A stretch of DNA of 56,752 bases, the filler included, from Streblomastix strix (lineage: Eukaryota), in assembly GCA_008636045.1 (NCBI GenBank). It is 3 parts of 3 records of this genome, joined end to end, with 100 filler letters (N's around TTAATTAATTAA, not from the genome) between each part and the next. Parts side by side here need not be neighbours in the genome. Positions count along the whole stretch, not along the records: positions 37,905 to 56,752 come from SNRW01000576.1; 2 more parts are not named here. One strand, given 5' to 3'. Positions 47,725-56,752 of the stretch are shown in pieces. The notes below the pieces were generated by a model. The model saw nothing but the letters and a program-made list of their open reading frames with translations, ran no database searches and had not been told where the DNA came from. Position numbers and translations under genes: made by a program. How positions within the stretch are numbered: position 1 is the stretch's first letter; each line of letters begins with the position of its first letter.

Positions 47725-48534
47725 GGGTGGTTCCGCTCAGAACCAACGAGTATTATTTTTTATTTGAACATCTTTAAAACAATTTTAGAAACATTTTTCG
47801 TAAATGTAAAAAACTTAATTTTGCACATCTAGAAAAATGTGCGAAAAAAATAATCCTGATTTTAAAGCCATAGGAATGTTACATAAGTTTACTATTTATA
47901 TTATTATTAATTCATAAAAATATTTCTGGTACAGTAATTACAAATTTGATATTTTTTTGCGGCAATGGGAGCATAAATCAGCAAATGTTGATATTTTTTG
48001 TTTTTTGCGCTATACGCTGATGCAAATACTTCATTTTTGGTAAATTCAATAAATAAATATTATATAATAACTGTTTTTATCCATAGTTTTATTTTATGTT
48101 TTATGAGATACGCTAAATTTGCAAAAAAAATAAAAAATGTTTTTATACAACGCACAACTACAAATTTATGGTTTTTTTTATTATTAAATAGCTACAAATA
48201 ATATAAATTAAAAATATAAAACAAAAAAAAATAAATACAATTGAAACAACCGTAAAAAATGACAAAAATAAAAAAATCAAATTTCTGCCGCCATTACCGT
48301 GAAAACTGTAGTATTTTGTGAGAAATGTAATTTTAAAAAATATTAAATAAGTTTTAAAGCAATATAATGAAAAATACAATCACATTGATGAAAATAAATC
48401 AGAATTATATTTTTCGCATTTTTTTCGAGTTGTGCTAAATTAAGTTTTTTATATTTATGAAAATTGTTTCTAAAATTATTTTAAACATTTTTATAATAAT
48501 ATTGTGTTGATGTCACTTGAGGGCGGAAACGCCC
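47725..48534. mobile_element. 810-bp MITE with diverged TIRs of about 140 bp or more and AGAT target duplication, inserted in a kinase exon
   Basis: gggtggttccgc...aattttagaaaca...aaaaacttaattttgcaca versus the reverse complement of ...gcggaaacgccc; AGAT at 47721-47724 and 48535-48538; removal restores ACA AAG ATG CTA (TKML). Confidence 0.88.
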
Positions 48535-51500
48535 AGATGCTAAAATTGGATAGAAAGGAGCGCATTTTTGCAGCTGATGCATTAAACCACGAATTCTTTA
48601 CTGGTAAATAAGCTACTAATGAAGTCACATAAAAGCTAAAAATCTTGCAACAATATCACAAATATCAAAAACCTATGGAGATTAAAGCATCACACAATAT
48701 GATACAGATCCTCTATTCATTGTATCATTACCAGAAATCCACTCAATCATTGGCATTGATATTGAAAAAGATTCTGCTCATATTGATTCAACTGACAAAA
48801 TCAATCAGAGTTTAACTCTCAATTCTGAAACTGATAATATTCCACAATAATCATTTGAAAACAAGCCTTCATAATCTGTTTTTGAACTTGAATAAGATAT
48901 TTCCAATTCATTTAGTGGAGCAAATTCATTAACAAAGTAGACTACTGCATAAATCACAGAATAGATTCAGAACAAACAAAAATAATATGGAAGGATCGGT
49001 TCTCCATCAAATGTGAACTATAGTTCATATGAATAATCATTCAATGATACTTCGATTGCATGCACCACTCCTGATAAATAAGCACAGCAAATCTAAGATT
49101 CAAATTTATAATCATCTTAATCGCAAGCATCAAATTCATTCATCCTTGATCCACCTCCAGGAGTATAAACTTCTGATCTAGAATCTGAAAAATCGCATAA
49201 TTAACCACAGTCGAGTGACACCTCTCCATAAACACACAGTCCATTATCTGGAAGTTCTAATCCTTTCGTAAGAGCTAATACTATGTCTACTCAACAGTTC
49301 AAACAAGAATCTAGTAACTTTCTTATCAGATAAAAGAGATGTGGAAGAGTAAAACCAGCTGCGCAACCGTATAAAGAATAAAACTAGGAACATTCAGTCC
49401 CTCAATCAACTTCTGAATCTCTTACTACTTAGTCCAATACTGAGAATCTTCTATTCCAAAAGCAACATTCTGAAATGTTTTCACCATAAGATCAGTTAAA
49501 TGATTATTTTCTGGAAACGCCAAGATACCATCAGAACTTAGTTACAAATCCATATACTGGAGACAACACCTTGTCGAACAAACCTTCAATATAAGAATCA
49601 AACAGACTTCAGAATTAGCTTAAAACAAGGCAACCGTCAGCATTTCAAACGCCACAGCTCAGCTCTAAAAAATTTATAATACTTTCTTTTGAAGCACCAT
49701 TCTCACGCTGAAGCTAAGCGCCATTGATCTTAAAATCTTCTTATCCGAATTTATCAAAATCAAACTCGTAACTTTTCCAACAGTTCACGTACAAAGGAGA
49801 TGATGATCGAAATTAGAACATGATCAATTACTTCTAAATTGTAGATACACTGCAAATAATATTTAATGGGAACAAAAACTAAAAAATGAGGATATTGAAG
49901 GAGCAAAAAGATGTACTTTTGAAGATTACTGGTAGATTAAAGGATAAAGAAGATGATGAAGGAAAAACTGAAGCAATTGGTGCTGGAATAACTAAGGAGC
50001 TGATTAACATCTTTGAGAAACGAAATTTGATTACAATATCATCAATATATGTAGATGCATTCCTGATTATCCTAATTCCATATCCTTAGGACCTTATTAA
50101 TACCATTTATTAGAAAAACTAACTTTATCTTGGTCTATTTCGATTACCTAATCACAAAAGCAATGAAGTTGTTCACTTAGCTTTCAGATCAATTGGAAGC
50201 TTATTCCTCTGTGGATTACTTGGCATAAAAAATACTGAACCTAATCTTCACTTTGAAATAATTGAATCATTCAGTGGGGACAAGAAGTTATTTACTCTGT
50301 TCAAGAATGCCTGAGACAAACAAATAAAAGATGATTCGTCAATCTGCATTAGAATTTTGTACCATGGAAAAAAAATACCAGAAAAAAAACACCAGATAAG
50401 CTGTTATCATTCATCTTATATCGAATGACAATGATCCTGATAAGTGGGTAAAAGAATCTTCCATTGAGGCCATATCATATCTTGCTCTGAATCAAGGTAT
50501 TAATATTGAAACTGTTAATTAATATACTACATATTATGCATATATAGTCCTTATTATTCTACTTATAATTATTTTATTTATTTTCATATTAAAATAGAAA
50601 ATTTCAAAGAGATAATGAACGACATCGATATCAAAGCAATCACAAAAGATCTCATGACTAAATATAATGGATCAGATAAGTAGAACCATCAATTGCAGTA
50701 CAGGCAAGAAGGAAGATGCAATCTCCTGAATGCACTTATATAATGAATAAAAGATTTCTAACTTAAAATGATATTAATCAACAGCAAAACAGTTGATTCC
50801 CTTCTCACTATCTTTGAAACTCACGATCTTAATAGAATCACTTTATCTTATGTTGATGTCATCTTGAAATTGAGCGAATCCAACGACGAAACAGTGAAGC
50901 TGCTTTTCACCAAGAAACCTTATCCTTCAATTTCTCAGACTTTTGAATCGCGCAGTCAATGAGGTTATCAGATATTCGATCATATCAATAGCAAATGTGA
51001 TCAATTTTGGGACAAGAGCAACACCATGTACATCTGGTCACCTACATTTCGAGGAAATGATAGTATACAATGGCTTTGAGAAACTCTACTCACTTTTTAA
51101 GAGAGCAGATATAAGCAAATAGATGAGAGACAAAGTTGCTATTTTCATCGGAAGACTTTTTAGGGCATAGACAATTCCGGATGCTTTCAGGACTGAAATA
51201 ATAGATAATCTTAAAGAGCTTATTAGAGACCTGGACAAGTGGATAAGAGCTGAATCTGTAATTGCGCTTTCTGACCTTGAGTAGAATCCTGGTATTTATT
51301 ATTTGATTGAATTTTATATTTTCTTAAATATAAATCTTAGATTTATTATCATTTTTATAATCAAATTTTTAATTTATTTATTACTATTTGTATTTATTAA
51401 TTATATTTTAATAGAAAATCACACTGAAGTTATCAAGAATATTAATTTCATAATTGTTGCTGAAGAATTAAGAAAATCTTATGAGGGCGATGAAGAGTCA

Positions 51501-53539
51501 AAAAGTGAGATATTGAATATGCAAGAAGGACACTGTAATCTTATCTACATTGATCTGCATTAAAAGAAAGATGATCAGCTCAGAAAATAGATAATAAATT
51601 CTGATGTTGTTGATTCTCTTCTGTTTATCTTTGGATCACGTGAACTTTCCTCAATAACATATCCTTTAGTTAATACTTTCTTCCAATTTTCTGATCGAAC
51701 AAGTAATGAAGTAATTTTGCTTTTCTATTCCAAGAAACCTTATTAACCTCTCTTTCGCCTTCTTAATCATTCTGATAGCAAAATATTATAACGATCAGTT
51801 GATTCTATCTTCAATATTTTATACTCTGTAATTAAATCAACTTAATCTTTATCACATCCTCACCTTGAAGAAATATAAGAATTCAATGTGATTTATAAAT
51901 TATTCTAGGTTTTCAAAAGATCAGATGTTGATATTCAAGTAAGAGACAAAGCTGCAATCATTATTGATTTATTGTACAAAACATAAGAGATTCCAGTTGA
52001 AATGAGAGCCAACATTATTAATTATCTATTATCTCTTATCTTGAGTTATGATAGAGAAGTATCCAACATGACATGTATATCTATTGGAAAACTTGCTCAA
52101 AATCCAAGTATGATTTATTTGTTTAATTAAACTCATATTTTGATATTGACATTTTTTATTAATGTATTTTATACTTAAATTTTAAATTAATATAATATAT
52201 TTTTTTATATATAATATTAGGAAACAGAGCTGATATATTAAAAAGCATTGATTTAAAATCAATCTTGGAAGAATTTAAGAAACCACTAACCAAAAATGAA
52301 GAGAAAAATAAAGAAAATTTAATTAAAAAGGATGGATATTGCAATTTATTATATGTTATACTGTAAGACAGATAAAATGATAAAATCTGTAATCAGATTT
52401 TTAGTTCAGGAGTTCAAGATTCCATTTTCTTCATATTTTATACTCGCGATCTGTAATCAATCACGTACCCATATGTTGATGTGACTCAGCAATTATCTTG
52501 CGACAGTATTGCTTTAAAGTAAATGCTTTATTCCAAGAAACCATATTCACATCTTCAGCCTCTCCTTAATCATACTGATAATATTGTAATTTTATATGCT
52601 ATCAACTCAATATTCAACATTCTTGGATATGGAGCTAAACAAACATCTTCTTCATCTTTGCATCCCCACTTTGAAACCATTTCAGCATATAGAGGAGTTT
52701 ATAAACTTTACTCTGTTTTTGAGAGAAATGATGTGATCAAAAAAGTAAAAGACAGAGCTGCACTTTGTATCGGTTTACTGTATAGTTCAAAGGAATTGGA
52801 TGAAATAATGAGAACAGATATAATCTCACATTTGAAGACTCTCGTCAACGATTCCGATAATGGTACAAAAGTTAGCTCTGTAAGTACACTTAATGGGCTT
52901 GCGTAGAACCAGGGAATTTAAAATTATATTAATTATTTAAATTTTATATTTTTATATTGTTATTTATATTACATTTTTTTTATATTTAAATATTACCAGA
53001 AAACAAAATTGAAATTAAAAAGGGAGAATTCAAAAAATAAAAATGAAAATGATTGAAAACACACATATTCAAAGATTTAATATGTTTTCTTATAATTATA
53101 GCAAATATTCATTCATTCGCTTATTTTTGAGATTGAATATTTTAATATTTGTTAATTGTTTTTTAATATACTCTTTTTTTATTAATTAAATTAATTTTAT
53201 AAGTATATAATTATAATTATATATTTAAAACAATATCATTAATATTATTTTTAAATTTTTTTTTTAATTTTTTTTAATTATTTTTTTTTTAATTTTTTTT
53301 TTAATTTTTTTGAATTCTTTTAAAATTCATTTTTTAATTCTTTTTTATACCAACAATTGGTTTTTAAACCATAAAAAACGCAAATCGTGGAAAAAATTTA
53401 ATTAATTAAGACTTTAATATTTAATTTTTCTAAGAATATTGAAAATTATTATATGAAAATATAATTCATAATAAAATTAATGAAAGATTGTTTAATAAAG
53501 CTGAATTTTTGAAATTAATTTGTTTAAAAATCAAATGCT

Positions 53540-54740
53540 TATGAAGTTAAATGGTCGCCATTAAAGATTTGATAAAGCTATTTCGTTGCCTGAATAACCA
53601 AACATTTGTAAATATAGGATTGATGATGGAAAGGATGTTCGTTTGTGTTTAAATGATAAAGAGTAAAGGAGTTATTTTCAATATATGAAAACAATTAAAA
53701 GAGGTTAACTTGATAGAGCTATTGAAACTGTGAAAGACCTTTGAGATTTAAGAATTGTTGGAAACCCAACAATAGTGACTATAGAAAAGTTAGACATTTT
53801 GGAAAATTTGATTGTAAAAGTTAACGTTGAGAAGGTACCAGTCACAAAATGTATGATAAATGGAATGGTTTGTGATTGTTACAAATATTTAATTAACAAC
53901 TTTTAAATTTATCAATGCTTGCACAATGATTAGGTATATAATAGAATTAGAAAATAAAAATTGCTTGAAACCTGTTGTTTGATAATGTGCATTCGACTTA
54001 GAGAAAAGAATTGAAAAGATGAAATTATATAGAATGACAATGAAACAATAATGACGAGTTTTTGCTTAGAATTGGAGTGTCACGACTACGATATTTGACA
54101 GAACCGATGTTTTACAAAAAAATTTTGATTATAAGCACAGTTTTGCTTTCAATTTTGATGAGAAATTATTATGATAATCATCTATCCTTTATCCTTTCTT
54201 ATTCATAGTTGGTGATCATGATTCTTCTTCAATAGTACAACCTCAAAGTGAGAAGAATGTTTCACTTAAAAGTTATATTGATGCAAATTGTGATTATTTA
54301 TGCACATTTCTCCTCTGGCCTTCAGCAGCAGTTCATGAAAAATTTTCAGAGTATATTAGTTCTTATGTCATAGTATTTGATAATGGTTGCGGTTGGATGA
54401 ACAAGCAAACACTAGCAAATGATGTCGTGCCTGTCTAGATTTCTCAAATTAATGAGAAAAAATACATCTAACTTTTTTGGAAAATGCAAATTGACGGATC
54501 ATTGAATCATCACATATGATTCGAACAGATCTCCTGAAATTTTAGGTATGATTAAGAGATTAAAAGTTTAATTAGTTTTAAATAATTAATTAATTAAAAT
54601 TAATATATATATATTATTAATATTTATTTATTTAAATTATTAACCAATTTCAAATGTAGGCAGAAAATATAGAAGTTAGTTATAATCGTTCGTGAATACG
54701 TGAAAAATCGCCAAATGTGAAATAAAAACTAATAAGCCAA
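53540..54740 (+). mobile_element. Decayed DDE_1 (pogo/Tc1-mariner-like) transposase, copy A
   Basis: RAIETVKD..IVGNPT (HTH-like region), AFNFDE, FLLWPSAAVHE, NGCGWMNKQT, IDGS; many stops and frameshifts; GT-AG intron-like breaks at about 53868-53933 and 54546-54659. Confidence 0.6.
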
Positions 54741-54869
54741 TAAGTAATTATTTTAATTTTTTTAATCAATTTAAAATTAATAAATATCAATTAAAATTTT
54801 TTTACAGTTAATTATCTTCCTCGTTATTTTTCATTAATTTTTCATTAATATTTGCTAATTGATAAAAAT

Positions 54870-56480
54870 CATGTATGCCTAGTATTATTCAGAAGGGATA
54901 ACAAGCTAGAATTGAAGCATAAAAATTTCTAGATAAGGAATATATGACCTAATTCGACGATGAAATTGAAGCCACCGCTAATTTAGTGGTTTTCTAGAAA
55001 TAACGCGTTTGCTGTTTGTAGAATTGTGGCCAAAAAGAAGAGACCAAATTGAAAAAGCTATGTCTGCAGTGAAAGACTTTAGTTATGTTGGGGTTTCTGG
55101 TAATCCGACAAAAATTAATAATGCAGAACCAGAACTTTTTTAAAATAAAAAGTGCGATGCAATCATCGCAGCCAGACCTTCATCTATTTGTGAACGTCGT
55201 CGCAAACCGGTAGTATAATCTTTTGCATATGAATTCGGGAAAAAATTGAAAAATATCTAAAACGAAGATTAAAATGAAAAAACTTGATAGATAAATGGCA
55301 TAGAGCAAGGAGGTGTTAGTTCCAATGTTTTTTCGATATTAATAACTAGAAAGCGACTGAAAATATAATGAAGGACTTAAATTTAATTTTAAAGTAAAGC
55401 TTATAAGGTTATCGACAATTCTATCTACAATTTTATTTCAAATTAATGGAGATAACCTAGCTACATTTTTTGTTATGGCCAGCTATGAAAGAGCCTGAAG
55501 AATTGAAAGGAATAATCATCATGAATTACGGAATTTCTGCTAAAACAATCGGATGTATGACTAAAAAAATCTTAACTGAGGATGTCAAGACAGTATGGAA
55601 AGGTTAGATGACAGAAAAAAGAAAGCTTTTATTGGAGTAAGAAGTATGTAAAGTTGACTAACATTGTTTAATAATATATTACTCACATTTTTCGCGCGCA
55701 GATATGGAAATGATAAAAAGGTTAAAGATATTCATATAATATATATTTAAAATTTTTTATTAAAATATATTAAATATCTAAATAAATTTGCAATTATTTA
55801 GGTATAAATGCACAAATTCAGAAACATTTAGATAGTTTTTGTGAATTGGAAGGTATTTAAGATTAGAAAAGTTACAGATTTGGATTAAGAAAAAGGTTAC
55901 AAGATGGAAATTCTGCAGGGCTTGCTTCATCATTAGTTTAAACATATTTCAGATTATCTGGAATCTCTACATTTGGAATAATGGAATATTTGAATTGATT
56001 ACCTGAAAGGGCACAACTACAAGATGAAATAATAAAATGGTATCAATCAAAATAACATCGGTTCGGAATTAGGAACTAAACATTACTGATGATAAATTCC
56101 TGTTAAAATGGGAATTGTATTAGAATGAAATGAATGAGACGAAAAAGAATAAGAGCAGTGTTGTTTACAGAAAGAAACCAAATAAAAAATCGAAGAAAAT
56201 GACAGAATACGAAGAAGAAATTGCATTAAAAAAAGAATGTGGAAAAAATTGATAACAAAATGTAAATTTTTATAAAGAAAAAAAAGAAAGAAAAAAAGAA
56301 TAACTGAAGAAGAAGTTGAATCAATGAGTGAAGAAGATGAATCATTTTATTACAAAGATAAATATGAGTTTGATTCTACAAGTTAAGATATATATGAAGA
56401 AGATACGAATGAGTTTTTAGAATCGGAAGATGAAAAATTTTAATAGATTGAATAATAAGACTAAGACTAAAACATTGAAG
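54870..56480 (+). mobile_element. Decayed DDE_1-like transposase, copy B, with acidic tail
   Basis: KAMSAVKDFSYVGVSGNPTK and WPAMKEPEEL...IGCMTKKILTEDV parallel the motifs of copy A; followed by INAQIQ...FRLSGI and an E/D-rich end. Confidence 0.5.
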
Positions 56481-56752
56481 ATGATATTGAAGATCCAATT
56501 GTCATAGATGATTCTGAATTATATGATCGTACAAAGAAACTATCCCCACTTGCATTTCAGGCAATGGAGACAGAAGTAAGGTGGCGAAAGTTTAAATAGT
56601 GACTCAACTGATATATCACACTACAATTCACTCATCACATTATTTCATTCATTTCATTATCTCAAAAAAATCAGAATAACAAAAAAATGAAATACATAAA
56701 TAAATTTGCATATCGTTATATGTCTGCTTTCAAATGTTATTGCCGTTGAATT

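Larger units (their letters stand above)
45835..53046 (+). pseudogene. Protein kinase + S/Q-rich linker + four exon-encoded helical repeats; disrupted
   Basis: GLRLIHKKGIFHR|NIKGQNI (catalytic D to N), VKITNF (DFG lost), PYISPQM, DIWSAGI, LWDLLTKM/LKLDRKERI..ALNHEFF; frameshifts near 48630, 50390 and 50930; TGA at 50312; two TE insertions. N-lobe exons not found. Confidence 0.85.

Noticed and set aside
53250..53345. (T7-10 AA)n run as a telomere or terminal repeat
   Set aside because: Irregular, internal and lacking G/C; ordinary AT-rich low complexity.

Overview
Very AT-rich, intron-rich eukaryotic DNA, not a prokaryotic window. TAA and TAG are read as Gln and TGA is the only stop (translation table 6), so the supplied ORF track is mostly uninformative. 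The code, the gene families and the DIRS-type relics point to an oxymonad such as Streblomastix strix (inference). The window is three separate contigs (1-18852, 18953-37804, 37905-56752) joined by artificial 44N-TTAATTAATTAA-44N linkers, so genes on different contigs are not neighbours. Contig 1 holds a Q/S/P-rich protein ending in a PARP-regulatory-like domain, a coiled-coil/SPRY-like gene, an intron-containing bacterial-type SF2 helicase with a frameshift just after Walker A, a 501-aa single-exon helical protein bracketed by a 745-bp near-identical direct repeat that supplies the start codon to two different genes, and a >2400-codon membrane protein ending in a split hemerythrin-like domain. 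Contig 2 holds a decayed DIRS-like retrotransposon, a SPRY-like pseudogene, a RING-H2 protein, a SAPS/PP6-regulatory-subunit gene, a 2xUBR-box-kinase-helical-repeat gene with a MITE in an intron, and an RT fragment. Contig 3 holds a 7.8-kb degenerate (GTA)n tract, a kinase/helical-repeat pseudogene interrupted by two insertions with target-site duplications, and two decayed DDE_1-like transposases. All translations and domain calls were made by eye; exon boundaries are approximate unless stated.
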